Virus record (IMG/VR): IMGVR_UViG_3300027833_001471
Coordinates: 1 to 57,330 of that record
DNA from: a virus
Lineage: Duplodnaviria; Caudoviricetes
Strand: one strand, 5' to 3'
Length of the DNA: 57,330 nucleotides
Part shown: piece after piece, positions 1 to 8,485 of the stretch
Layout: each line of letters starts with the position of its first letter
Position numbering within the stretch: the stretch's first letter is position 1
Position numbers and translations under genes: made by a program
The notes under the pieces: generated by a model
The model's database searches: none
Seen by the model: the letters and a program-made list of their open reading frames with translations, nothing else
Told to the model about the DNA's origin: nothing

Positions 1-61
1 CGTTAGGCAAACGAGACACAGCCACAGTAAAGCCGATGGGTGATAGGTAATTAGTATTCAT
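1..61 (-). CDS. N-terminus of a tail completion/tube terminator gp3-like protein (runs off the window)
   Basis: Minus strand reads MNTNYLSPIGFTVAVSRLPN, resembling the NxLSPxGF start of T4-like gp3; minus-strand TATAAATA at 105-112 upstream. Confidence 0.55.
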   Translation of the reverse strand, partial: MNTNYLSPIGFTVAVSRLPN

Positions 62-78
62 TTTCAAAACTTTCCTAT

Positions 79-112
79 TTGACAATCATTCTTTTCTATG
101 ATACTATTTATA
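79..112. promoter_or_regulatory. Overlapping divergent promoters: + sigma70 (TTGACA 79-84, 17 bp, TACTAT 102-107) and - strand T4-type late promoter (TATAAATA 105-112)
   Basis: Direct motif match between divergent genes. Confidence 0.7.
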
Positions 113-162
113 AATGTTACTAAATAAGGATTATTGATCAATCCTGAGAATAGCGAGGCCAC

Positions 163-1998
163 ATGGCAGAAGATTTTAAAATTTTAACAGCACGTCAACA
201 CGTCAGAGAACGTATTGGCATGTATATGGGTTCAAGTTCCCTTGAGGAAGTTGAGCGATTTGTTATGGGTGAATGGAAAACTGCAAAGTACGTTCCTGCA
301 CTATCTAAAATGGTAGATGAAATACTTGACAACTCAATCGATGAGGCAATTCGTACAAGCTTTAAACACGCCAATAAGATCGACGTATCAGTCAAGATGG
401 ATAACTCTATTACTATCTCTGACAACGGACGTGGTATCCCACATGAGGATGTGTTCGATGCAACCACCAAGAAGACTATAGCTAGGGCTACAGCGGCTTG
501 GACTAGAGTTAATGCGGGTACGTCTTTTGATGACGAACGTGTTACCATTGGCACGAATGGCGTTGGATCATCAGCTACTAACTTCCTATCAGCTAAGTTC
601 ATTGGCAAAACTTGGTCTAATGGTACTATCCTTCAAGTGTCATGCACTAATGGTGCTGAAAAGATACGTGAGACAAAGAAAGAAAAGACTGGCAATGGTA
701 CTGAGGTGTCATTCGTACCAGACTTTGATTTGTTTGAGGTGAACAACCTTAATGATCTCGACACACTCGCTTTGCTTGAGGATCGTTTGATTGCATTGCA
801 AATGGCTTTCCCTGAGATTGCTTTCTCTTTCAATAAGAAACGCATCAAGGTAAATAACCTTAAGAAATATTCTGAGATGTTCATCCAAGAGGGTGAAGCT
901 TCTATTATTGAAAAGAGCGACAACCTCTCGTTCTTCATTGCATCCAGTGAAGACGGTTTCAGATCAAACTCATATGTCAATGGTGTGAACACACGCCAAG
1001 GCGGCACATACGTTGACTTCGTGATGAATGGTATCGTTGACGAACTTGTTGTTAAGATCAAGCGTAAGTATAAGATCGAAATGGCTAAGATCACAATCAA
1101 GAGTGGGTTATCGTTCGTGATGTTCAGTCGTAACTTTGTCAATCCGAAGTTTGATTCACAAACAAAAGAGCGTTTGACAAATCCAATGGGTAATGTCAAA
1201 GCACATTATCTTGAGTCTGGCGTTAAGGACTTTGTGTTCTATTCGCAAAAGATCATGAATACACCTTCGATCATCGAACCAATCATTGAGGCTCAGTTGG
1301 CTAAGAAGTTAGCGCAAGATAAACGAGCCGCTACTCTAGCTCAAAAGAACCTTCGCAAGGTAAAGGTAGCCAAGCACATTGCCGCTAACAAGCCCTCAGC
1401 AACACTTAAGATTGTCGAGGGAGATTCTGCCATGGGGTTCCTACTGAAAGTTCGTAACGCCGATAAGGTGGGCGCTATGCCGCTCAGAGGGGTTATTATG
1501 AATACGTGGGACATGAAGCCAGCAGACGTTCTCAAGAACAAAGAGTTGTCTGAGTTGGTTGCTGTACTTGGTTTGAATATCAATGATCCAGATAGCGTAG
1601 ACAATATGCAATATGAGAACATCGCAACTCTTACAGATGCTGACCACGATGGTATCGGACACATCAGTCCATTGCTGATTGCTTTCTTCTATAAGTTTTG
1701 GCCTAGACTGCTATCTGAGCGAAGAGTTAAGATTACTCGAACACCAATTATGATCTCAAATAAAGATAAGAAGGTGAAGTGGTTCTACGGATACGAAGAA
1801 GCATCGAAGTTCAAAACAGACAACCCATCTGGTTGGAAGCATCGTTACATTAAGGGGCTTGGCTCTTTGACTGAAGAAGAATATGATGTGATTATTAACA
1901 AACCAAAGTACGACACTGTTACCGTTGACGATGCGTCTATGTTCCAAATGATGTTTGGTAAAGATTCGGCACTACGTAAACAGTTCATGTTTTCGTAG
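163..1998 (+). CDS. gp39: DNA topoisomerase II large subunit (gp39+gp60 fused, ATPase + TOPRIM)
   Basis: EILDNSIDE, DNGRGIP, GTNGVG, VEGDSA, PLRG, TDADHDG, RYIKGLGS motifs. Confidence 0.97.
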   Translation: MAEDFKILTARQHVRERIGMYMGSSSLEEVERFVMGEWKTAKYVPALSKMVDEILDNSIDEAIRTSFKHANKIDVSVKMDNSITISDNGRGIPHEDVFDATTKKTIARATAAWTRVNAGTSFDDERVTIGTNGVGSSATNFLSAKFIGKTWSNGTILQVSCTNGAEKIRETKKEKTGNGTEVSFVPDFDLFEVNNLNDLDTLALLEDRLIALQMAFPEIAFSFNKKRIKVNNLKKYSEMFIQEGEASIIEKSDNLSFFIASSEDGFRSNSYVNGVNTRQGGTYVDFVMNGIVDELVVKIKRKYKIEMAKITIKSGLSFVMFSRNFVNPKFDSQTKERLTNPMGNVKAHYLESGVKDFVFYSQKIMNTPSIIEPIIEAQLAKKLAQDKRAATLAQKNLRKVKVAKHIAANKPSATLKIVEGDSAMGFLLKVRNADKVGAMPLRGVIMNTWDMKPADVLKNKELSELVAVLGLNINDPDSVDNMQYENIATLTDADHDGIGHISPLLIAFFYKFWPRLLSERRVKITRTPIMISNKDKKVKWFYGYEEASKFKTDNPSGWKHRYIKGLGSLTEEEYDVIINKPKYDTVTVDDASMFQMMFGKDSALRKQFMFS

Positions 1999-2002
1999 GG
2001 GG

Positions 2003-2031
2003 TTGACAAGGTATGGACAGGGTGATAAACT
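2003..2031 (+). promoter_or_regulatory. sigma70-like early promoter TTGACA-17-TAAACT
   Basis: Consensus match just after the topoisomerase stop codon. Confidence 0.55.
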
Positions 2032-2201
2032 TTATTCATTGGTATCGACAGTTAAAAGCTGAAGGTGTGGAGATGGGTTGGGATACTAAAGAGTTAGCCT
2101 ACCACACAAGATACAATACATGGAACTGTTTACGTTGGGCAATTATGAACAGCGGAACACATTATACGGATGGGAGTTATTTCGATGAGCAAGATTGGTA
2201 A
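2013..2201 (+). CDS. hypothetical protein (start may be 2073)
   Basis: ORF track; the alternative ATG has a GGAG RBS. Confidence 0.5.
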   Translation: MDRVINFIHWYRQLKAEGVEMGWDTKELAYHTRYNTWNCLRWAIMNSGTHYTDGSYFDEQDW

Positions 2202-2304
2202 TTACGTAGTTGAGCTACAAGAGCAAATGACTGAAGAAGAAGCGCAAGCACAATACGAAGAAGAGTATGAGCCTTGCTTTGAATCAGATGAGGACGGTAG
2301 ATGA
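2185..2304 (+). CDS. small acidic hypothetical protein (39 aa, MSKIGNYVVELQEQ...)
   Basis: Manual translation; ATGA overlap with the gp52 start. Confidence 0.55.
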   Translation: MSKIGNYVVELQEQMTEEEAQAQYEEEYEPCFESDEDGR

Positions 2305-3647
2305 GTTTACTAGAATTTACAAAAGATGATAAGTCCACTACGGACTATCCGATTAGCAATGTTGCCAAGAACGAATGGCTTGACTTTGCTATGTACACGG
2401 TTGAGTCTCGTGCCATTCCAAATATGATCGATGGACTAAAGCCAGTTCAGCGGTTCTATTTGTATTCATCTTTGCTAAACTCTAAGCGAGACTTCAAGAA
2501 AGTATCAGCGGTTTCTGGTATTATCTCTGACTATGGGTATAACCACGGTGAAACTTCAGCCGCAGGTGCTGGTCAGTTAATGGCGGCTTCTTGGAATAAC
2601 AATGTCTGCCTTGTAGAGGGCAGAGGTTCATTCGGTACTAGACTTATACAACAAGCGGGTGCGGCACGTTATGTATACACACGTGTGCATAAAAACTTTG
2701 AAACATATATCAAAGACCTTGAGTTGTCACCAGTACATGATGATCCAGAGCATGAGCCACCATCATTCTATTTGCCTGTACTACCTTTAGTATTGGCTAA
2801 TGGTGCTAAGGGTATCGCTACAGGCTTTGCTACTAGCATTTTACCAAGAAGTACAAAGCATCTTGCCAAAGCAGTTAAAGAATATCTTGCGAAAGGTTCT
2901 ATTGCACGAAAGCTTCCTATCACCTTTCCAGACTTTAGTGGCAAGGTAGAATACAACAAAGAAGAAGATAAGTACCAAGTCATCGGTACGTTCGAGCGCA
3001 AAAGCAAAACTGTAATGGTTATCACTGAAGTACCTTATGGATTTGACCGTGAGGGTTACATCAAGGTGCTTGACACATTGGAAGACAATAACGACATTGT
3101 TTCATACGAAGACAAATGTGATAAGACTGGGTTTTGTTTTGAAATCAAACTTAAGCTTGCTTCTGCCAATGCTTGGACTGATGAACGCATCATCCGTAAG
3201 TTTAAGTTGAGCAAACCTCTGACTGAGAACCTTACTGTGATCGACCAGAATGGTAAGCTACGTGAATATAAAGATGAGCGTGAACTAATTAAAGATTTTG
3301 TCGATTACCGCTTGACTGTCTTGCAAAAAAGAATTAATCTACGAAAGAAACAAGAGACTGAAGAATCACGTTGGCTCAAAGTTAAGATGCAGTTTATCCA
3401 AGCAGTGCTAGATGGGACAATTCAGTTTAAAAACAAAAAGAAAGATGTTATTGCTACACAGATATTAAAAGTTACTGATGCATTAGAATTAGATGTTGAC
3501 AAACTTCTCAGAATCAATATGCTATCACTGACGGACGAAATGGTTAAAGACCTCAAACAACAAATCGAGAGTTCTAAAGACCGACTAAAATTTTGGAAAG
3601 CAACAACGCCTAAAGATCAATTCGAAATCGACTTATCGGAGATTTAA
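2301..3647 (+). CDS. gp52: DNA topoisomerase II medium subunit (gp52, GyrA/ParC-like)
   Basis: RAIPNMIDGLKPVQR, YNHGETS, AARY catalytic Tyr, NGAKGIATGFAT. Confidence 0.97.
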   Translation: MSLLEFTKDDKSTTDYPISNVAKNEWLDFAMYTVESRAIPNMIDGLKPVQRFYLYSSLLNSKRDFKKVSAVSGIISDYGYNHGETSAAGAGQLMAASWNNNVCLVEGRGSFGTRLIQQAGAARYVYTRVHKNFETYIKDLELSPVHDDPEHEPPSFYLPVLPLVLANGAKGIATGFATSILPRSTKHLAKAVKEYLAKGSIARKLPITFPDFSGKVEYNKEEDKYQVIGTFERKSKTVMVITEVPYGFDREGYIKVLDTLEDNNDIVSYEDKCDKTGFCFEIKLKLASANAWTDERIIRKFKLSKPLTENLTVIDQNGKLREYKDERELIKDFVDYRLTVLQKRINLRKKQETEESRWLKVKMQFIQAVLDGTIQFKNKKKDVIATQILKVTDALELDVDKLLRINMLSLTDEMVKDLKQQIESSKDRLKFWKATTPKDQFEIDLSEI

Positions 3648-4043
3648 ATGTACTACACTGCATACGCCAAGCCAAAGATTATAACAAACAAGCTAATGGA
3701 CAAAGTTGTCGTGTTTGCTTGTGACTTTCTTAATCTTGACGTTGACCTTGAAATAGAATTCAAGGGCGTAGAGAATGGTGGGTATGTTGACTTTGAAGAA
3801 GGTGAAGACATCGTTGTCGGTATCAATCCAGATCAAAGTAAGAACGAACTAATCCGTACTATCTTTCATGAGATGGTTCACGTTAAGCAGTATGTTGAAG
3901 GTGACTTGTCTCACGAAAATTCAGATAATCTCTGGAAAGGTGAGGTTGTTGATGTTCCTTATTCAGATCGTCCATGGGAGAAAGAAGCTTATGAGCAAGA
4001 AGAAGCTATGTGGCACATCTTTACAAAAGAGGTTGGACTATGA
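3648..4043 (+). CDS. HExxH zinc metallopeptidase-like protein
   Basis: TIFHEMVHVKQY and PWEKEAY. Confidence 0.7.
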   Translation: MYYTAYAKPKIITNKLMDKVVVFACDFLNLDVDLEIEFKGVENGGYVDFEEGEDIVVGINPDQSKNELIRTIFHEMVHVKQYVEGDLSHENSDNLWKGEVVDVPYSDRPWEKEAYEQEEAMWHIFTKEVGL

Positions 4044-4423
4044 TAATTGACGTTGCAGTCAACGAAAAATATGATGCTCTTTTGGATGACTTTGTTTACT
4101 ACATCTGCAAGCATTTTGGTATTATCCCACGGAAGATTTCTATAGAAACTGCTGACCTAGTTGGTAACAGAGGGATGTGCTTTGATGACGATGATGGAGA
4201 GTTTACTATCTTGGTAAAAACAAATGATGATATGGGACAGACTTTCGCAACTGTTGCGCATGAGATGATCCATGTTAAACAATATATGACACAAAATCTT
4301 GGTCAGATACTTGACGAAAGTACGGCAATGCCGTATGATTCGCGGTGGTGGGAAGATGAAGCTTTTAATGGTGCGGTTCCTCTTGTGGAATCTTTTGCAA
4401 CTAAGATCAAACTTTCTAGTTGA
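4040..4423 (+). CDS. HExxH zinc metallopeptidase-like protein, paralog of 3648-4043
   Basis: TVAHEMIHVKQY and WWEDEAF; ATGA overlap at 4040. Confidence 0.7.
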   Translation: MIIDVAVNEKYDALLDDFVYYICKHFGIIPRKISIETADLVGNRGMCFDDDDGEFTILVKTNDDMGQTFATVAHEMIHVKQYMTQNLGQILDESTAMPYDSRWWEDEAFNGAVPLVESFATKIKLSS

Positions 4424-4448
4424 CACCACCCAACCACTAGTGTATTAT
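4420..4448 (+). promoter_or_regulatory. sigma70-like promoter TTGACA-17-TATTAT
   Basis: Consensus match. Confidence 0.7.
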
Positions 4449-4476
4449 ACACTTAATCGAAAGAAAAGGAAAACAA

Positions 4477-4707
4477 ATGAGTATCGACTTAACATTCTTT
4501 GAGGTAACGGATACCCAAAAACAAGTGGCTAATCTTGGTCGCAAGATGATGGAGTATTCGGAGAACTACAAAGACTCTGATATTCCCTTGGAAATTCTTA
4601 ATGCAATGTCTCGTGTCGGAGAAAATCTTGCTGAAAATGCTTATGATAAAGTAAAGCTAGATGAGATCGATACTATGGTTGTTAAATATGCTAGGAGAGT
4701 GTTATGA
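4477..4707 (+). CDS. hypothetical protein
   Basis: ORF with AAAGGA RBS. Confidence 0.7.
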   Translation: MSIDLTFFEVTDTQKQVANLGRKMMEYSENYKDSDIPLEILNAMSRVGENLAENAYDKVKLDEIDTMVVKYARRVL

Positions 4708-4952
4708 GTGAGTTGGGCTTTGAAACTTCATATGAAGATGAAGTGACAGTTGAAATTATGGATTGGGCTTTGGATACAATGCCAGATGAAGTAAAAGGCA
4801 TGACACTAGAAGAAGTTGCAGATAAATATTGGGAAGTACACTTGAGTAGTACGCCAGATGAAGATGCCTTTTCTGTATTACCCGACTTCGATGATGATGC
4901 TCTAACAGACTTAACAAAAACATATGGGAATCAACCAAATGAAAAATTTTAA
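4704..4952 (+). CDS. acidic hypothetical protein
   Basis: ORF, AGGAG RBS, coupled to the previous gene. Confidence 0.7.
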   Translation: MSELGFETSYEDEVTVEIMDWALDTMPDEVKGMTLEEVADKYWEVHLSSTPDEDAFSVLPDFDDDALTDLTKTYGNQPNEKF

Positions 4953-5415
4953 GAAATTAGTATTGGTAGCCGCTCTGGCTACTGCAACACAGGCTACGGC
5001 AAACGAGAATGTAACAAACATTACAGTCTTTGATCATACTAAGACCGTAGTTACCAACAACCCTATTCAAGTTCGTGAATGTCGTGACGTAGAAGTCCCA
5101 GTTTATGAAAACTACCAAGGTGAAGGAGATGCCGCAGGCGGCGCATTTCTAGGAATGATCATTGGTGGCTTGCTTGGAAAAGGTGTTACTGGTGATGATG
5201 GTGGTGCGGCGGCTGGAGCGGTGATCGGTGGATTAGTTGGTGCTGATAAAGGCGCAAAAGGTTCGAATGGTCAACGTATTGTAGGATATTCTTACGAAGA
5301 GCGTTGTAATATCGTGACTGAGAATCGTAGAGAAGAGCGAGAAGTATATAGCCACTCTACCATTCGTTTCCATCTTGGTGGTGAGCGTCACGTTTTAAAG
5401 TTTCAACGCCGATGA
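4939..5415 (+). CDS. secreted glycine-zipper 2TM domain protein
   Basis: Signal peptide MKNFKKLVLVAALATATQATA; GAFLGMIIGGLLG...GAAAGAVIGGLVG. Confidence 0.8.
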   Translation: MKNFKKLVLVAALATATQATANENVTNITVFDHTKTVVTNNPIQVRECRDVEVPVYENYQGEGDAAGGAFLGMIIGGLLGKGVTGDDGGAAAGAVIGGLVGADKGAKGSNGQRIVGYSYEERCNIVTENRREEREVYSHSTIRFHLGGERHVLKFQRR

Positions 5416-5509
5416 TAGATATTGTCGTAGCTAACCTAATCTTTTGGAGTTTGTATATTTTCATAGGTACAATTCCTTATCGTGTAATGCAGAAAGCAAT
5501 TGACAATTC

Positions 5510-5695
5510 ATGAGATACACATTAGAAAGAAACGGTAAAGTGGTACAACACATTGTAATGGTTGGTGCTGAGAAAAGTAACTTCAAGACCCCTACTGTGT
5601 TTGACCTTAAATTTGAAACATACGAAGCGGCTAATGAAGTAGCCGAAGTGTTAAAAGCCAAAGTTGTAGATAACCAAGCTACATTAGCGGCGTAA
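5510..5695 (+). CDS. hypothetical protein ending in LAA
   Basis: ORF track. Confidence 0.6.
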   Translation: MRYTLERNGKVVQHIVMVGAEKSNFKTPTVFDLKFETYEAANEVAEVLKAKVVDNQATLAA

Positions 5696-5701
5696 GAATT
5701 A

Positions 5702-5778
5702 GTTTCCTTAGCTCAGCTGGATAGAGCAACTGCCTTCTAAGCAGTAGGTCGTAGGTTCGAATCCTACAGGGAACGCCA
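5702..5778 (+). tRNA. tRNA-Arg(TCT)
   Basis: Acceptor GTTTCCT/AGGGAAC, anticodon arm ACTGC-CTTCTAA-GCAGT, TTCGAAT T-loop, encoded CCA. Confidence 0.95.
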
Positions 5779-5787
5779 AAACAGTGT

Positions 5788-5862
5788 GCGAGAGTAGCTT
5801 AGCGGTAGAGCAAGACGCTCATAACGTCCAGGTCGTAGGTTCGATCCCTACCTCTCGCACCA
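5788..5862 (+). tRNA. tRNA with CAT anticodon (elongator Met or Ile2)
   Basis: Acceptor GCGAGAG/CTCTCGC, loop CTCATAA, TTCGATC T-loop, ACCA end; lacks the initiator GGG/CCC anticodon stem. Confidence 0.9.
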
Positions 5863-5869
5863 AGAACGT

Positions 5870-6060
5870 GTTGGGTAGCACCGACTAGTATGGGTCAGCA
5901 AATCCCATATGATGAGAAGTGATTTAGCAGTCACAACAAAAGGCTTGATGGAAGTATCTCGGCAGGTGCATGTCGTTAGCAAGGTAGGGGTGGAGTTATA
6001 CCAAAGAATATCTAACGTTCTACGATATTTGACTTTGAAACTCCTCTTGCGCACCACCCA
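5870..6060 (+). ncRNA. candidate structured RNA downstream of the tRNAs
   Basis: Several complementary segments forming two short hairpins and a long rod (see findings). Confidence 0.45.
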
Positions 6061-6082
6061 TAACTTTAACAAGGTAATAAGT

Positions 6083-6223
6083 ATGCGAAACATTTACGAG
6101 AAAAAAGACCTGACAATAAAAGAACTTACAAAACTATTTTCTGATAATGATATCGATTATTTCATCAAATCAGTAGATGGATGCGTTGCCGCAATACATT
6201 TTATCGTTAAGCCTGATGAGTAG
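6083..6223 (+). CDS. small hypothetical protein (MRNIYEKK...)
   Basis: 3' part of ORF 5909-6223, with AAGGT RBS before ATG 6083. Confidence 0.6.
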   Translation: MRNIYEKKDLTIKELTKLFSDNDIDYFIKSVDGCVAAIHFIVKPDE

Positions 6224-7082
6224 GGTTCTTGTAACAGGAGCTACTGGATATGTAGGTAGCCACTTAGTTAAGCGTCTTGCTGAATATGGGCATGAGGTTC
6301 ATGGTATTGACATTAACTTCCACGGTGAACATAACAATGTTGAAAAGTATTGTAGCTTAAAGCTACAGGATATCACATGGGTTATGAAGTATCGTTCAGA
6401 ATACGATGCTGTTGTCCATCTTGCTGGTAGAAGTGTCGTACCACAAAGTCTTATTGAACCATCTGAGTATTACAGAGTGAATACGATGGGTACAGATAAT
6501 CTGTTTAATTATATCGATACACCCAACCTTATTTTTGCGAGTACGTCTAGTGCATTTGAAATGGCATCTCCATACGCACGATCTAAGGTAGCGGCTGAGG
6601 ATATCATAAAGGAGAAGTCCAATGGGCATACTATTTTCCGCTTTTTTAATGTCTCTGGTTCTAATGGTGTTCATAGGCAACTTGGCTCTGCCACTCATCT
6701 TATTCGTCGTTGTGCTATGGTTGCTGCTGGAAATCTTCCCCACATTGATATATTTGGCGTGGATTATCCTACTCGTGACGGTACTTGTATACGCGATTAT
6801 GTACATGTCAGTGATCTTAGTTCTGCTATAGCAAAATCAGTTGAGACTGGCGCACTAAATACTGAGTATGAGTGTTTGGGTGGTAATGTAGGTTATACTG
6901 TTCTTGAAGTTGTTAGTGCAATGGAACGTGTGACAGGCAAGAAAATCAAGACTGTAATTCAAGGAAGACGACAGGGTGATGCAGTATCATCAGTTGTTGA
7001 CAATCTGAGTAAATGTGTTACACTTACAAAGACTTTAGAGGATATGTGTTTGGATCAATATAAGTTGGAACTAACACTTTAA
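6216..7082 (+). CDS. galE: UDP-glucose 4-epimerase / NAD-dependent epimerase
   Basis: VTGATGYVGS, YARSK (YxxxK), RFFNVSG, DGTCIRDYVHV. Confidence 0.9.
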   Translation: MSRVLVTGATGYVGSHLVKRLAEYGHEVHGIDINFHGEHNNVEKYCSLKLQDITWVMKYRSEYDAVVHLAGRSVVPQSLIEPSEYYRVNTMGTDNLFNYIDTPNLIFASTSSAFEMASPYARSKVAAEDIIKEKSNGHTIFRFFNVSGSNGVHRQLGSATHLIRRCAMVAAGNLPHIDIFGVDYPTRDGTCIRDYVHVSDLSSAIAKSVETGALNTEYECLGGNVGYTVLEVVSAMERVTGKKIKTVIQGRRQGDAVSSVVDNLSKCVTLTKTLEDMCLDQYKLELTL

Positions 7083-7157
7083 TGGGAAGTAGCTCAATGG
7101 TAGAGCATCTGTTTTTGGTACAGAAGGTTGTAGGTTCGAGTCCTACCTTCCCAGCCA
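7083..7157 (+). tRNA. tRNA-Gln(TTG)
   Basis: Acceptor TGGGAAG/CTTCCCA, G discriminator + CCA, anticodon arm TCTGT-TTTTGGT-ACAGA. Confidence 0.93.
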
Positions 7158-7176
7158 AATTATAAGAGGAACTTAA

Positions 7177-7692
7177 GTGGCTGATGTTTTGATGTTAAAT
7201 GCTGATGGTCAACCAGTCAGTTATCTACCACTTAGTACCATTAAATGGAAAGAAGCAATCATGTACATGTGGCACGATAAGTGTACTGTATTAGATTGGT
7301 ACGACGATTGGGTTGTAAGATCACCATCGTGGGAAACCAAAGTTCCATCTGTTATCATATTAAAAGATTATGTTCGCAAGAAAACCCAAGTGCGGTTCTC
7401 TAAAAATAACGTTTATCTAAGAGACTTGTATACTTGTCTGTATTGTGAACAGCACGTCAGTCGTTCCATGGCAACACTTGATCACGTCATACCACTTAGC
7501 TTGGGTGGCAAAACTACATGGGAAAACATCGCTACTGCGTGTAATAAATGTAATGGTATTAAAGCAAACAGGACAAATATGAAGCCAGTATATGTACCAT
7601 ACCGCCCTGGTTATTACGAGTTAGTTCGTAAGAAAAAACAATTCGAGATCGAAGCTACGCATCCTTCTTGGGAAAAGTGGTTGACAAGCTAA
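7177..7692 (+). CDS. HNH endonuclease (McrA-like)
   Basis: RDLYTCLYC, TLDHVIPLSLGG, WENIATACNKCN; GTG start with GAGGA RBS. Confidence 0.9.
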   Translation: MADVLMLNADGQPVSYLPLSTIKWKEAIMYMWHDKCTVLDWYDDWVVRSPSWETKVPSVIILKDYVRKKTQVRFSKNNVYLRDLYTCLYCEQHVSRSMATLDHVIPLSLGGKTTWENIATACNKCNGIKANRTNMKPVYVPYRPGYYELVRKKKQFEIEATHPSWEKWLTS

Positions 7693-7709
7693 ACGAATCA
7701 TAGTATTGG
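7681..7709 (+). promoter_or_regulatory. sigma70-like promoter with CGAATCA (GANTC) in the spacer
   Basis: TTGACA 7681-7686, 17 bp, TATTGG. Confidence 0.55.
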
Positions 7710-7738
7710 TTGTTCATCAACTATGAAAGGACGATGTT

Positions 7739-8140
7739 ATGACCTTCACCTATTGCGACGATTTAATCTCCGACTTCCACAAAGATGTGTATGGTTACCG
7801 CCCACGTGAAAGTTTTTGGAATGAATGGGAAACCCTTACCCCAACCCAAAAGCAAACAATTTGGGATGAGTATGATCGTGTCAGTGAACTTCAAGTGATT
7901 GAAACCAAAGCGCAAGAAGAGCGTGACGTTGCTAAGTTTGAAGATCGTGTTCAAGATGTTATCAATATCGGCGCGGGTAATCGTAAGACTGCCTTGAAGT
8001 GGATCGCTGATAGCGAAACTTTCTACCACGGACAAGATGTTGAGCATTTTGTGTGGCAACAAGGTATCCTTTTCACAGGATATGGCAAACAACTAATCAA
8101 AGATTTATTAGAAGTTGTTAAGTACAAGGAGTACGCATAA
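7739..8140 (+). CDS. conserved phage hypothetical protein
   Basis: ISDFHKDVYGYRPR motif recalled from marine T4-like phages; AAAGGA RBS. Confidence 0.75.
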   Translation: MTFTYCDDLISDFHKDVYGYRPRESFWNEWETLTPTQKQTIWDEYDRVSELQVIETKAQEERDVAKFEDRVQDVINIGAGNRKTALKWIADSETFYHGQDVEHFVWQQGILFTGYGKQLIKDLLEVVKYKEYA

Positions 8141-8340
8141 TGGAAGTTAAAGTATATAAGCATAAAATTGATCTGAATACAGTACACACTTTTGGGTCTT
8201 ATGGGTGCAACCTATACACGCAAGATGGAGAGTTCGTTGAGGCTCGTGTGTTCCATATGATGTCAGGTCAGATGTTCCACAATGAAATTCGTGAGATCGC
8301 TCAGTTTGAAAAGCTACGAGTGGAGTCTCTAGCTTACTAA
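8140..8340 (+). CDS. hypothetical protein
   Basis: TAATG coupling, AAGGAG RBS. Confidence 0.7.
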   Translation: MEVKVYKHKIDLNTVHTFGSYGCNLYTQDGEFVEARVFHMMSGQMFHNEIREIAQFEKLRVESLAY

Positions 8341-8343
8341 AAC

Positions 8344-8372
8344 TTGACAAATCGCACTTTTTGTGGTATCAT
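8344..8372 (+). promoter_or_regulatory. sigma70-like promoter TTGACA-17-TATCAT
   Basis: Consensus match upstream of the ABC-GNAT/hem genes. Confidence 0.65.
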
Positions 8373-8485
8373 AAATTAATAGGTTCTAGTAATGGAATAG
8401 GTAATATGATAGATAAAGCTAATACTATAGGAGACTTGATTATTAATTATTTAAGATTTATATCTCCTTATGATAAGGATAAACA

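Noticed and set aside
195-1947. Antisense and alternate-frame ORFs over core genes (and similar ones throughout)
   Set aside because: Shadow ORFs of well-supported genes, with no motifs or expression signals.
163-1998. T4 gene 60-style translational bypass or intron in the topoisomerase
   Set aside because: The ORF is continuous with all motifs in one frame.
5848-6093. Minus-strand ORF and the N-terminal extension of ORF 5909-6223
   Set aside because: They overlap the tRNA and structured region; a better RBS lies before ATG 6083.
7083-7157. Reading this tRNA as Pro(TGG)
   Set aside because: The 7-nt loop TTTTGGT centres on TTG, and T1-A72 with G73 fit Gln.
7177-7692. HNH as part of a group I intron
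   Set aside because: No interrupted host gene or intron core is evident; it is free-standing.
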